Shown here: positions 13,813 through 27,816 of the stretch, one piece after another | Position numbering within the stretch: the stretch's first letter is position 1 | How the letters are laid out: the number at the start of each line of letters is the position of its first letter | Source of the DNA: Octopus vulgaris | Lineage: Eukaryota | DNA: 64,000 nucleotides | NCBI GenBank assembly: GCA_951406725.2 | Contig: OX597836.1 | Span: 49,352,001-49,416,000, forward strand | Direction: 5' to 3' | Made by a program: the position numbers and the translations under genes | Notes under the pieces: model-generated | Told to the model about the DNA's origin: nothing | Seen by the model: only the letters and a program-made list of their open reading frames with translations | Database searches by the model: none

Positions 13813-14465
13813 CTTCGATTTTGGTTCTGCTTTCTGATATCTGATTTGATTTTGATTTTGATTTTTTTTGTTTTGATTTTTTGATTTTTTGATATATATA
13901 TATATATGTAATATATGCAGTCTGGTGAGTGTCTAGTTATTTGTGAAATCAGTCAGGTAAATACTGGTATTTAATTTAGCCGCTCTAAAGTTAGAAAGAA
14001 CTTAGAACGCCCATCCATCCATCTGTCCATCCATTCCTCCATCCATCCCTCCATCCATCTGTCCATCCATGCATATCTCCATCCATCCATCCATCCACCC
14101 ATCCAACCATCCATGAATCTCATCTGCTCTGATGAGATTGAATCCTAGAACAGAAGACAAATAATGATCATACAGAATAAATAATTTGTTTGTTCTGATT
14201 GGCTGAACCAGACAATGATTTTTTAAAACTGTTCCAAAGATATGACTAACTAGAGTTAAGTGTCTTGCTTAAGAACACATTGACTAAAGTTACCAAAGAG
14301 AGAAAGTGACATGCAGACAGCTATAAAGCCCTCCCCAACAAGGTATATTTGGGGGGTTCCTGCTTATCCATTCACTCAGATATGTTAGATCAAATCTACA
14401 ATTATTTTAACCATCATAACCATTGCCATCAGCTTTCTGCCTTCCCACTAGGGTTTAATAATAAC

Positions 14466-14502
<37 letters not shown>

Positions 14503-14723
14503 GGAAGAAGAAATTTCTAACAAAGATACAAGGCCAGAAATGTTGAGGGGAGGGGGACTAGGGTTAACACTGAGCTCATTCCAGTTGGATGAAATGACAA
14601 AGCTGACTTCAGTAGGGTTTGAACTCAAAATGTAATGAAATGCAACAAAACCTATAGGAAATTTTTTCTCTTTTTTTCTTTTTTTTTTTGGGTGGACGAT
14701 ACTCCACTGATTGTATCATTCAC

Positions 14724-14759
<36 letters not shown>

Positions 14760-14966
14760 CCTTTCTAGTATAAGCACAAGGTCTGAAATTTTAGTGAAGG
14801 GGGATCAGCAATTACATTGACCCCTCTGAGCTCAAATGATCTTATCTTATCAACCCAACAAAAAAGGAAAGGCCAATACAAGTTTGGCAGAATTTGAACT
14901 CAGGACGTAAAAACAGACAAAACACTGCTGAGTATTTTTGTCTGGCGTGCAAACAATTCTACCAGC

Positions 14967-15054
<88 letters not shown>

Positions 15055-15060
15055 TAATAA

Positions 15061-15165
15061 TATGTGCCTAGTGTACCCTTATCATATGAGTAGTCATGAT
15101 GGATATATTGGGCTTCGTATATTTTACCCCAGTTCACTTTGATGACATACACTGCTCTCTCACTC

Positions 15166-15166
<1 letters not shown>
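15061..15166 (+). mobile_element. Element A, ~105-bp 5'-truncated copy flanked by (AAT)n
   Basis: Reverse complement of 52525-52630; ends ctgctctctcactc followed by (aat)n. Confidence 0.8.
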
Positions 15167-15206
<40 letters not shown>

Positions 15207-15210
15207 TAAT

Positions 15211-15273
15211 AACCCAAGGTACACAGAGCTGCACTCGGTAGTGAAGTGAAAGCACGCTATAAAAAGCATACTA

Positions 15274-15278
<5 letters not shown>
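15211..15278 (+). mobile_element. R4/Dong 3' UTR stub flanked by (AAT)n
   Basis: acccaaggtacacagagctgcactcggtagtgaagtgaaagcacgctataaaaagcatactactg matches the 3' end of the Dong copy at 54240-54305. Confidence 0.8.
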
Positions 15279-15325
<47 letters not shown>

Positions 15326-15895
15326 TGCAAGGCCAGCAATTTTAAGGGAAGGGGGCATCTCAGTTACATCAACCCTTGAATTTGACATATTTATTTTACT
15401 GAGCATGAAAGGCAAAGTCAACTTGGAACCCAGAAAATAAAGAACTGGAATGATTTCACTAAGTGACCACCTTATTAATGATAACAATGATCTAATGGTA
15501 GAACACCTGTCATGTTCATAGGAAATATGAGTTCAAATTCCATGGGCAGCCTTTCACTTTTTCCATCAAAAAGGGTTTTCAAACCAATATTTATGCACTA
15601 CTATGTATAGCTTCAAGATTCACTCTTCCTAAACAGAATCATTTCATCTTCTCAAAGTTTCCAAATTCTTAGAACATCAGCGATAATAACAACAATAATG
15701 GTTTCAAATTTTAGTACAAGGCCAGCAATTATGGTCGAGGAGGTAAGCCAATTAGATTGACTTCAGTGTTCAACTAACTGGTCCTTATTTTATCAATCCC
15801 TAAAGGATGAAAAGCAGGATGAAAATCACAACATAAAGATGGCTGTTATGAAGAATTTTATCTAGAATGCTAACAATTCTACCAGCTCATCACCT

Positions 15896-15932
<37 letters not shown>

Positions 15933-16317
15933 CCTTTCTCTAAGCACAGGGCCTGAAATTTTTGGGGTGGAAGCTTCCATAAGTACCATTTGAATCCCAA
16001 TGTTTAAATGGTCCTTATTTCATCAACCCTGACAAAAATATAATAATTATAAGGATTTCTTGTAAATATAAATTTGGGGAGAGGGGCAATTATTGATTTT
16101 AACAGTCATCCCTGATTGGTTGTTACACCTAAACCCCTGATGCTTGGATGGACTAAAAATGCTTAACTGATCTCAACCGAGATTTGAACCCAGAATATAA
16201 AAGACCATAAGTAAATACCAAACATTCGATGTTCTGCTGACTGAGTCCTGGAAATATCAGAAGCACCATAAATATCCTGAATGCCTCCAGTTGATGTTTC
16301 TAATGTGTGGAGTCCAT

Positions 16318-16518
16318 CAACCATTTAGAATTCCGATCACTCGGTCAAATGTAATGCTTATTTGCTCACATTCAGTTGAATTGGTCATGCGTTATCATGA
16401 TTGTTCATTGTCAGACCACCAATATTATAGGGTAGGTGTGAGAGGCTGGATCTGGCCAGTTTGAAGAGAAAACAAATTATTTTGGCTGGATTTGGCCAGT
16501 TTAAATGCTAAAAGTTTG
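16318..16518. mobile_element. Possible decayed MITE
   Basis: Imperfect terminal inverted repeats caaccatttagaatt and aaatgctaaaagtttg, 200 bp apart, with no ORF. Confidence 0.4.
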
Positions 16519-17182
16519 CATATTGTGAGTACTGCAAACGTAACTCTTCAAGTGCCATCGGTTCTGTAAATGCCTGGAGTATTGTACATGAGAGAAATAC
16601 TGTAAATGATGGAGGGATTTCAAATGAGTACTAGACAGAGCAGAGGGTTGCAAATAGCAGGAGTTTAGTACTTGTGAGTAGTCTAGGGCCATGAATATTG
16701 CTGATGTAGGGAGGGCTGCAGCCTTTTCTTTGAATTAAACAAAATAGAAAAAAAAGAAAAAAAAATCACTCACACAAAACAGGGAAGAGATATGGACTGG
16801 CAGACACCTTAATCAAAGAATTATCAGAAAAACATTGAGTTTTTGGTAGTGCCCCCCATGTTAAACAAAGAGAATGTTACGGGTAAAAAGATTTTTACAT
16901 CAGATACAAAATTTTTGTATTTTGAGAGTATTTGATGAAATTAAGCCTAAATTCTTTTGATTTAAAGTCAATGTTAGAGATGTATATTCTATAGACCTTA
17001 AGGCAATATTAGATTTATATATATACATATTCTATGGGGCTTAAAGCATGAGGTACAGCCAATGATATATAGGCATTCTATAGATCTGAAACCAATATTC
17101 AGTAAAAATATACTATTGCTTTTAAGACAGACCGAAATATATATTCTGTGGAATTTTAAATATATACATGTATGTGTGTATG

Positions 17183-17240
<58 letters not shown>

Positions 17241-17736
17241 ATTTTAAGATCAGACTAAATGTATAATCTATGGATTTTGAAACAAATGACTCTATATATT
17301 CCATCAAATTTAACAGGAAAGTAAATATATATTTTATAGTGAAGCCTTTGTATTCATTTAATGGCCAAGCAACTTCTTCTTCACAGATTTTAAGGCAATG
17401 CAAGATAGAGAAATGCTATTGTTTCAAAAAAAAACAACAACTCTAAATGTGTATTCTATAAATGCTAAGGCAAAATTAAAAGATATATTTTTGAATTGAA
17501 AGCAAGCTGTTCCATGTGATCAGAGTTTCTCCTGCTAATATTAGTTTCTGATTGGAACAATTCCCTTGGTTGTTCTTGCTGTTGTGGCTCTCATCCATTC
17601 CCACTTTGGACATGTTCACTAGTTTTGTTGAGAGTACAAGGTGTTCTGTGGTACTTTGTATTGCTACAGACATAATCATAGAATGTAGCGAAGAATAAAC
17701 TCACATCAAGGGAAGAATATGTATGTATGGATGTAC

Positions 17737-18292
<556 letters not shown>

Positions 18293-18295
18293 ATA

Positions 18296-18326
<31 letters not shown>

Positions 18327-18564
18327 TGTCTATATATCTACACAGACATATATACATTACGCATATATGTTCATATATAATTTATGTCTCTCTCTCTCTC
18401 TATATATATATATAAGATGTATACATAACATGCTTACATGCATACATATAATTATATCTTCATATAATGCATTCGTGAATAATGTTAAATGTAAATGTTG
18501 TTTAGGCGCATCCATGTATCTATAGGCTTTAAATAGATTCTTGTATGTAACATGTATGTGTGCG

Positions 18565-18617
<53 letters not shown>

Positions 18618-18790
18618 TTGTATATGTATATGTATATGTATATATATGTATATATATATACATAGACACATATTTATATATATACATATATACATATATA
18701 CACACACACACACACATATATATACATATATATGCACACATGTTTATATATATATATGTATGTATGATTGTATTTGTGTGTATATATACA

Positions 18791-18823
<33 letters not shown>

Positions 18824-18980
18824 ATGTATAAATATATGTAGTCTTTGTTGGTGTGTATATATCTATGTGTGTGTGTGTGTGAAAAACCAAGAAGAAACTA
18901 GATTAAAGGCAGGGATCTAAAGAATACTTATCTGATTGAATCTTGTCAAACATTTTACACATTCTTTCAGTTATTCTCTT

Positions 18981-19011
<31 letters not shown>

Positions 19012-19242
19012 TATGTAGTCTACAGCTCACGTGTTTATTTATTTATTTATTCATTTATTTTTTTAATGAATTCTGTCATTCAGTTATTTGTATGTCTTGT
19101 ATATATATATATATATATAACGATAGTATTAGTATTGCTGTTTTGCATATATTGTTGTTGTTGTTGTTGTAGTACTGTTACATTATTACAATGCATTATA
19201 CAGTATAATACTGCATGTATAGAATGTATTTGTGTATAAGCT

Positions 19243-19277
<35 letters not shown>

Positions 19278-19544
19278 GTATGTATGTATATCTATATCTG
19301 TATGTGTTTGTATATATGTATATATATATATATATACAAGATAAGAAAATGGAGAAATCTTTTCTTATCTTGTATTAGTAATTTGTGGTAAATCATGTTA
19401 CCTTTGCCCATATAATACATTAAATGAATTGATTGCATCGCAATCCTTAACATTTATGTATTAACTTTGTTGGGTACTTCACTAGTAGTATATTGGATAT
19501 ATGTTATCCCATGGAGGGTTGCTTTTACAACCCCTATCTCAATT

Positions 19545-19586
<42 letters not shown>

Positions 19587-19669
19587 CACACACACACACA
19601 CGTGTGGGTATATGCAAATAAATTTTTGTATGTGTATATATATATATATATATATGATATGTATAAATG

Positions 19670-20655
19670 CATATATACTTTGATATATACTTTGATACAT
19701 GGCCCAGGCCATGTCTAACTTAATAGCACCACCTAGTGAAGTCTTTCAAGTCAGAATTTGGGCACTATGGCCCACTCAAGTAGAGAGTTATTGTTTACAG
19801 AGACATATCTGGGTGTAGGGGGTTTATCCTCGGGATTTCTTGAAGGAATCTGTCCAAAGACTTCTTGAACCCTATAGGGTCAGTTTCTGTTTTAATGTGT
19901 TTTGGTGTAATGTTAAAGAGAGCGGGGCCAATTGAGGTGAAATAATTGTGCCGTATTGTTGTTATGAGATGAGAGTGCGATTTTTGTTTTGGGCGGATGG
20001 CACGGGGCCCAAGCCTTGGATGTACCTTAAAGGTGATGCCAACATCATTTGGGCAATGCTGATGGAATATTTTCCACATCATGCAGATGATGTAGCGCTC
20101 ACGACGACGTTGGAGAGAATAGAGTTTTAGCTTTTCTAGTCGACCCCAATAGTCGAGGCCTGTCATGCCATCTATCTTTTTTGTGATTGCCCTTTGAGGT
20201 GCTTCAACTTTTATGATACCTTGTATTGTGTGGGGAGACCACAGTGGACAACAGTATTCAAGGTGGGGTCGGGCAAAAGTGGAGAAGAGAAGGATAATGG
20301 TGTGGATATCTCTCGACTGGAAAGTTCTGAGAATCCAGGAACACATTCTGCGGGCCATGTCAACTTTGGTGTTTATATGAGTGGCCCAGCTTATTTTGTT
20401 GTCCACAATTACTCCCAAGTCTCTGATGTTGTTGGACGCCGCGAGAGTTTCACCTGAAGGAAGGGAGTATGGGAGTTTCAGGGCATCCTCTTTTCCAAAG
20501 TGGATTAGCTCAAATTTATCCTCGTTCAGCAGCATATTGTTTTTTTCTGCCCATTGGATAACAGCCAGTAGATCTGACTGAAGGCATGTCCGGTCACTCG
20601 CCTCATTTATGACCTTCTGTAGCTTGGAGTCATCTGCAAAGATTTTTTGCAGATG
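19670..20655 (-). mobile_element. 5'-truncated CR1-clade LINE embedded in (TA)n
   Basis: Coding part starts at the [10 protein letters not shown] motif; short 3' UTR ggtggtgctattaagttagacatggcctgg then a repeated atcaaagtatat tail. Confidence 0.85.
19795..20643 (-). pseudogene. CR1 ORF2 C-terminal part (RT end and C-terminal domain)
   Basis: FADDSKL...[50 protein letters not shown]: characteristic CR1 motifs. Confidence 0.9.
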
Positions 20656-20721
20656 TATTTATATATGTGTGTTTGTGTATGTGTGTGTATATATATATAT
20701 ATATTTATATATATATGTATA

Positions 20722-20802
<81 letters not shown>

Positions 20803-20814
20803 TAACTTAGATAT

Positions 20815-21040
20815 GTTTCGACCAAAGATTGGTCCAGGCCATGTTTAACTTAATAGCACCACCTGATTGGATTATCTAAATCCTTTTTAAGTCAAGTTTT
20901 GTTGTATCAAGGTCCATTTGAGTAGGGAATTCTTGTTGAGTGAGTTGTATTGATGTGGGGTGGCTTATCTGGTACTCCTTGAAGAAATTTGCCCAGATCC
21001 CGTTTAAAAGTGATGGGATCCTTTTCTTTTTTGATGGATA
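20815..21040 (-). mobile_element. Second CR1 3' stub, related subfamily
   Basis: ccaggccatgtttaacttaatagcaccacct matches 19704-19734; the upstream part encodes D P I T F K R D L G K F L Q G V P D K P-like residues. Confidence 0.75.
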
Positions 21041-21763
21041 ATGAAATATGACCTTTTATATGCAAACCCCTAAATGTTTCTCACAAACGAACTTAACAGA
21101 TATAAAGTATCTGTATATGCAAATCATATGTATGCATGCCTGTATCATGATATATATATATATATATATACAAAAAATGGGATAAGAACGCAACAGGTGG
21201 CAACAAAATGTCCAGACAGAGGATACAAAAAAGGGACAAGAAAAAACAAGGATGGGTCATTCGGAGTTTTCTTTCATCAGTCAAGTTCTAGATTACACAT
21301 GCATATATATGTATGTATATTTGTATGTATTTATGTATCATCTTGTATATACATATAGACATAATTTAAGCCGACTCACTTTTAATGTTTGTGCTATTGT
21401 TGTATTGTATAAAGCCACCAGTTGAAACACACAACTTTTAAATCCTTAAAACCCTTAAAAATGTTTTAGCCCGAAGGCCGCGGCCATGCTGGGGCCAAAA
21501 ACAACACTGGTCTCCCAGTATAGGAAGCTGCTATTTACTGCCCTCACCTTCTGGCATTCTATGTTCCTGTCAACTCCTGTGTCATTTCACTCTCAATATG
21601 TCTTAATAACTGGGTAAAAAAATGGTTGAGCCAAAGCAGTAGGAAACTGGTTGATAAAGGAAACCATCTGTGCCCCAGGGGCAAATCTGGGTAAACACTT
21701 ATGACAATTTACATGTTCAAAATATATTCATATTAATGATGTGTTTTTGGAATATGTTTTTGG

Positions 21764-21995
21764 AAGGCGGCAAGCTGGCAGAAATGTTAGCATGTCGGGT
21801 GAAATGCTTAGTGGAATTTTGTCTGCCTTTACTATATTCTGAGTTCAAATTCCACCAAGGTCAACTTTGCATTTCATCCTTTCGGGGTCGGTTAAATAGG
21901 AACCAGTTACGCACTGGGGTCAATGTAATTGACTTAATCCCTTTGTCTGTCCTTGTTTGTCCCCTCTGTGTTTAGCCCCTTATGGGCAATAAAGA
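21764..21995 (+). mobile_element. S1 SINE
   Basis: aaggcggcaagctggcagaaatgttagc...gagttcaaattcc...tttcatcctttcggggtcg. Confidence 0.75.
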
Positions 21996-22757
21996 CTTAA
22001 ATATACTGGGACTTAAATATTAAGGGCCAAAGGGTCACATGTCAAGGGGCCTAATTCTGATCTATGTAGGCTATGTGGCTTGTCAATAAATAAATACAAT
22101 AGGGACTACAGCATTGATTTGCATGGGTTTGTATGTGGTGGTGGTAGTGGGGTGGGGGGGTAATATAATGCTGCTAAGAAGGCCCAGATATGAAGATATT
22201 TTATGTGGTTGCTTCATCTGCTAGAAATAGCAGCTGAACTTCTTTCAAACCACACCCTATCCTCCTAAGAAAAGGGAAACACGCGTTAGGTCATGTAAGC
22301 CGGGATTTATATTCCATCTGAAAGGGGAAAGGAAAAGGATATGAACAGCTGGGATAGCCGAGTTCTTAAGATCTATTCACTGTGGTGTTAAATAACAAAA
22401 TAATGTCAGCCACAATAATGATAAAGCATTGCGTTACCAATGTAACATAGCAGCCCCATCACCCCACCACCAGCTCCCCACACCGACCCTTTAATCTTCA
22501 GCCACTCCCACCTTATATAAGAGGACAAAGAAAGGGGAATGGGAAGAGGAAATAATTGAGTAACGGACTTTTTTTAAAAATGTTAACAGATAATTGTGAT
22601 TTTGTAATGAACACATTAGCATACATATATTATATATATATAAATATATATGTATGTATGCATAAATAATATAATCTATTATTTATGCATACGTACATAA
22701 ATGAGTATATATGTGCATATATATATATATATATACATATAAATATATATGTATATA

Positions 22758-22821
<64 letters not shown>

Positions 22822-23371
22822 TATATATATATATATATATTTGCTATATATATATGACATATATATTTATTTATATATATATATATATACACACACACAT
22901 ATTAATATATATACATGTGTTTATAATATATACACACACACACATGTCAGCTGTGTGGTTAAGGAATTTGCTTCCATCTCCTGGTTTTGGTTGCAGTCCC
23001 ATATTCCATGGAACCTTCAGCTAATGTCATCTTCGATAGCCATAGACCATTACCGCCTTGTGAGAGAGTCTGAGTGAAGGAGGCCAAACAGAAAACTTTC
23101 TCAAGCCATATTTACGAGATATTGTTTAAAGCTCTACGTGGCTGCTTCAAGATTTGTTATTCCCAAAAGGAATTATAATTATGTGTGTGTGTGTGTGTGT
23201 GTGTGCGTATACACACACACACACACACACATATATTTGTAGTGAAATATTTAGATTCATCAAATCATGTGGCTATTGTAGACAGTTACTCTCATACCTC
23301 CTGACATTTTATGGTTTATATATATATGCATATATATATATACATATACACATACATATATATACATATAC

Positions 23372-23502
<131 letters not shown>

Positions 23503-23828
23503 CACATACATATATAGGTATTTAGATGAAAAAAGCAAATATATATATGAATATAAAATATATATCTATATACATACATATATATATATAAATTAATATA
23601 TATATATGTATTAAGTAATATGTGTGTGTGTGTGTATCAATATATTGCTATATAAAGTTTATTCCCTTGCAGCAGGCTTCTGTTAATTAGCTCGTTATGG
23701 TGCTACTAGGAGAAGTTGTTATCTCATCAATAATCAGCCAGTTGCTAGTGGCATTTGGTAATAAAGAAAAAATGTTGAAAGAAGGAATTATGGAAAAGAA
23801 ACATGCCATACGTATTGGATAAGCATTG

Positions 23829-23877
<49 letters not shown>

Positions 23878-23993
23878 TAATTGCAACACATGTACACATC
23901 CACATATCCAAACCCATTCATGTATATATGAAAATATATATATATGTTTGTTCTTGTGCATGCATACATACATACATGCATACATATATATGT

Positions 23994-24039
<46 letters not shown>

Positions 24040-24077
24040 ACATATATATATACATAACTACACATATATATATATAT

Positions 24078-24119
<42 letters not shown>

Positions 24120-24695
24120 TATTATTGAAAGTATTCCAATATATATTCTAATTTGATCTTTTTCAATTACATTTTCGCATATCTCTCTGCATCAGACATT
24201 TATAGTTTGTTTGGAACGACAAAGTCAGTCTTCCAACTCTTTACATTTTGAGTTCAAATCTCACTGAGGTCAGTTTTGTCTTTTATTCTGTCAGCATTGA
24301 TAAAATAAGTACCAGTCAAATACCGTGATTGATGGAACTGATAACCCCCCCCCTCCGCTCTGACCCCTAAAATTACTGAGCACAGTTTCGGGGGGGGGGG
24401 GGGGACAAACGGCATTGTCATTATTGTATATTTTTATATCATTTGATTTCCTGTAATTCCCCTCATTTTATGTCTGTTTTTCTTATCACGCCTGCCCCCC
24501 CCACATTCACCGGGGGGGGAGGTCCCCTTATCTCCCCTATCTCATCTATCATCTACCCTACATCTATCACCCCCCCTCCATCTATTGTTCTCCCTTATTT
24601 ATCATCTCCATAATATAGAATTCCTCCACTCAGCCATTGTTTCCCCCACCCCCACCCCACCATCATCTGCCATCCCTCCATATCTGTTGTCTATC

Positions 24696-24727
<32 letters not shown>

Positions 24728-24741
24728 CATCATCATTATTG

Positions 24742-24905
24742 AAGGTGGCCAGCTGGCAGAGTGGTTAGCATGCTGAGCGAAATGCTTAGCACCATTTCGT
24801 CCATCCTTACATTCTGAGTTCAAATTCCACTGAGGTCAATTTTGCCTTTCATCCTTTTAGGGTCAATAAATTAAGTACCAGTTGCATACTGGAGTCAATG
24901 TAATC
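24742..24905 (+). mobile_element. S1 SINE after (TTA)n
   Basis: Same S1 motifs. Confidence 0.75.
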
Positions 24906-25916
24906 CCTTCTCCTCTCTCTCTCTTCACCTGTCCCGTCCTTAATGCTGCACCGGTTCAACGATAATAATAAGACTGGGAAGGTGTCTATGCTTGTTGCTC
25001 ACAACTCTACAGGCACCTATAACAGTAAGTGAAAGCATGGTACAATATTAGCAGGATGTAGTGGCCTGTGAATGATGGTCATGGGATTAGTTTGTATGAG
25101 AGAGAGAGAGAGTTACAAACAGACAGAAGGGGGAGAGACAGGAATGAGAAGGCAACAAGATGATGTAAAAGAAGAGTGAGGCAGATGGGAAGAAAGAGAG
25201 GAAAAGAGAAATGATGATGAGGAGGAGGAGGCTATGCTATAAGTCATGAGATTTCACTCACACTCACTTGTGAGTGAAGGTAAAGCTTTCTACATCAATA
25301 ATACAACAAAGTTCTCTTCTCTCTTCTCTCTCTCTCTCTCTCAACTCTTACAATATCAAACCTTCTCCCATGTATCCCATGATCCCAATGGATGTTGAAA
25401 CCCCCAAATGGTTTTATTTCATATAAGACTTCCCCTGGGTCACAACTGGTATTTCACACCACTTTTTTCTCCCTTTCAAAGTATGTTTCTCACACAACTT
25501 CCACTGCATAATCCTGTTAATGTTATCACTCTTCTTTTTGTGTTTCTCTTGTTCCGCGCTCATGCATTGCACTCATTTACAGTTTATTGACATCAAGAGA
25601 ATTTAAAGACTTTCAAGAGAACATGGAACCAGTCCGTTTCCAAACTGGTTCTTCAATTCCATACAATGCTAGGATTGAAAGCATGGCAATATTGGGTCCC
25701 CAAAGGCAGTTTTTGACTTTTACTTTCCAAAATGGGTTTTCAATCCAGCATTTATATGTTATTATTTATAGCTATATATATGTACTCCAAGACCCAGTTC
25801 CAAAAAAGAATTATATACACACACACACACATATATATATAATGTATGTATGTATATTTGTATGTCATGTATATATATATACATATACATATATATATAT
25901 GTATATGTCATATGTC

Positions 25917-25949
<33 letters not shown>

Positions 25950-26021
25950 TGTCATATATATATATATCATATATACGTTTGTGTATGCATGTATATATAT
26001 ATATATATATATTATTAATGA

Positions 26022-26055
<34 letters not shown>

Positions 26056-26494
26056 ATATATATGTACACATACATACATATATATACATGCATATATATT
26101 ATTTATGTAAGTATATTATGTATGTATATATATGTATACATATGTGTACATATATGTATATATACGCATATATATACAAATATATACATATATACATATA
26201 CATCATCATCATCATTTAACGTCCGAAATATCTATATCTATCTATCTATCTATATATATATATATATATATATATTTTTAGATACATACACACAGACACA
26301 CACACACATCCCTCCAGCTTATAGATGCTCTGTAAGTAAATGAAGCACTAAACTTTTCAAGATTGTACACTAAGGGTGAGGGATGGGGGGGTAAAGGGTT
26401 TAGGGGTGGGTATGGCATGAGTGGTGGGGAGGCAGGACAGAAAGATTAATAATATATTTTATTGGGGGGGTTTTTTGCTGTGAGTTGGCTGTTT

Positions 26495-27380
26495 GCATTT
26501 GCGTGTTTGCTTGTGTATGTGTGTGTTTGCTTGTGTTTGTGTGTGTGTTTGCGTGTGTTTGTGTGTGTGTTTGCTTGTGTTTGTGTGTGTGTTTGCTTGT
26601 GTTTGTGTGTGTGTTTGCTTGTGTTTGTGTGTGTGTTTGCTTGTGTTTGTGTGTGTGTGTGCTTGTGTTTGTGTGTGTGTTTGCTTGTGTTTGTGTGTGT
26701 GTTTGCTTGTGTTTGTGTGTGTGTTTGCTTGTGTTTGTGTGTGTGTTTGCTTGTGTTTGTGTGTGTGTGCTTGTGTTTGTGTGTGTGTTTGCTTGTGTTT
26801 GTGTGTGTGTGTGCTTGTGTTTGTGTGTGTGTTTGCTTGTGTTTGTGTGTGTGTTTGCTTGTGTTTGTGTGTGTGTTTGCTTGTGTTTGTGTGTGTGTGT
26901 GCTTGTGTTTGTGTGTGTGTGCTTGTGTTTGTGTGTGTGTTTGCTTGTGTTTGTGTGTGTGTTTGCTTGTGTTTGTGTGTGTGTTTGCTTGTGTTTGTGT
27001 GTGTGTGTGCTTGTGTTTGTGTGTGTGTGTGCTTGTGTTTGTGTGTGTGTTTGCTTGTGTTTGTGTGTGTGTTTGCTTGTGTTTGTGTGTGTGTTTGCTT
27101 GTGTTTGTGTGTGTGTGTGCTTGTGTTTGTGTGTGTGTGTGCTTGTGTTTGTGTGTGTGTTTGCTTGTGTTTGTGTGTGTGTGTGCTTGTGTTTGTGTGT
27201 GTGTTTGCTTGTGTTTGTGTGTGTGTTTGCTTGTGTTTGTGTGTGTGTTTGCTTGTGTTTGTGTGTGTGTTTGCTTGTGTTTGTGTGTGTGTGTGCTTGT
27301 GTTTGTGTGTGTGTTTGCTTGTGTTTGTGTGTGTGTTTGCTTGTGTTTGTGTGTGTGTTTGCTTGTGTTTGTGTGTGTGT
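26495..27380. repeat. 22-bp GT-derived minisatellite, ~40 units
   Basis: Unit gcttgtgtttgtgtgtgtgttt, with gtgt/gttt and 20-bp variants. Confidence 0.95.
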
Positions 27381-27636
27381 GAGCCCTAATTAAAAAATGA
27401 AAAAGTACAATTTTTTCCTATTTATCAAATATTAAAATTTTTTTAATGATTTTTAAGCATTTTTGATGAAACAAATACACATATACTAGCATACACATAC
27501 ATACATATATCATGTACATGACATACACACACACACACATTTATATATATATATTCTCAGAATGATTGCATAGAGACAACTTTCATAATTGCGTTTTATA
27601 GATCCACCATATCACCACCGTCCTCCTCTTGGGAAT

Positions 27637-27672
<36 letters not shown>

Positions 27673-27776
27673 AAAAAATATATCTGTCCACTCTATTGAA
27701 TGTATTAAGTACAATATCAGATAATCTTTGCACTATGGTAAATATATTTTGATATACTTTAGAACTTAAATTACAA

Positions 27777-27816
<40 letters not shown>

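Larger units (their letters stand above)
14510..16215 (-). mobile_element. Array of ~6 decayed S1 SINEs in reverse orientation with (AAT)n spacers
   Basis: Repeated acaaggcc..aaattt...ttatttt.tcaaccc....ggatgaaa...tttgaactcag motifs, the reverse complement of S1. Confidence 0.65.

Noticed and set aside
24928-25016. Minus-strand exon candidate (cttactgttatag ... cag|gtgaag)
   Set aside because: Stops in all three frames and a weak donor; cannot be supported without RNA data.
25587-25800. ORF SREFKDFQENMEPVRFQTG after an acceptor-like tttacag
   Set aside because: No recognisable domain, no clear donor, and it runs into a microsatellite.
26462-27393. Three ~300-aa Cys/Val-rich ORFs
   Set aside because: Open only because the minisatellite strand lacks A and cannot form stop codons.
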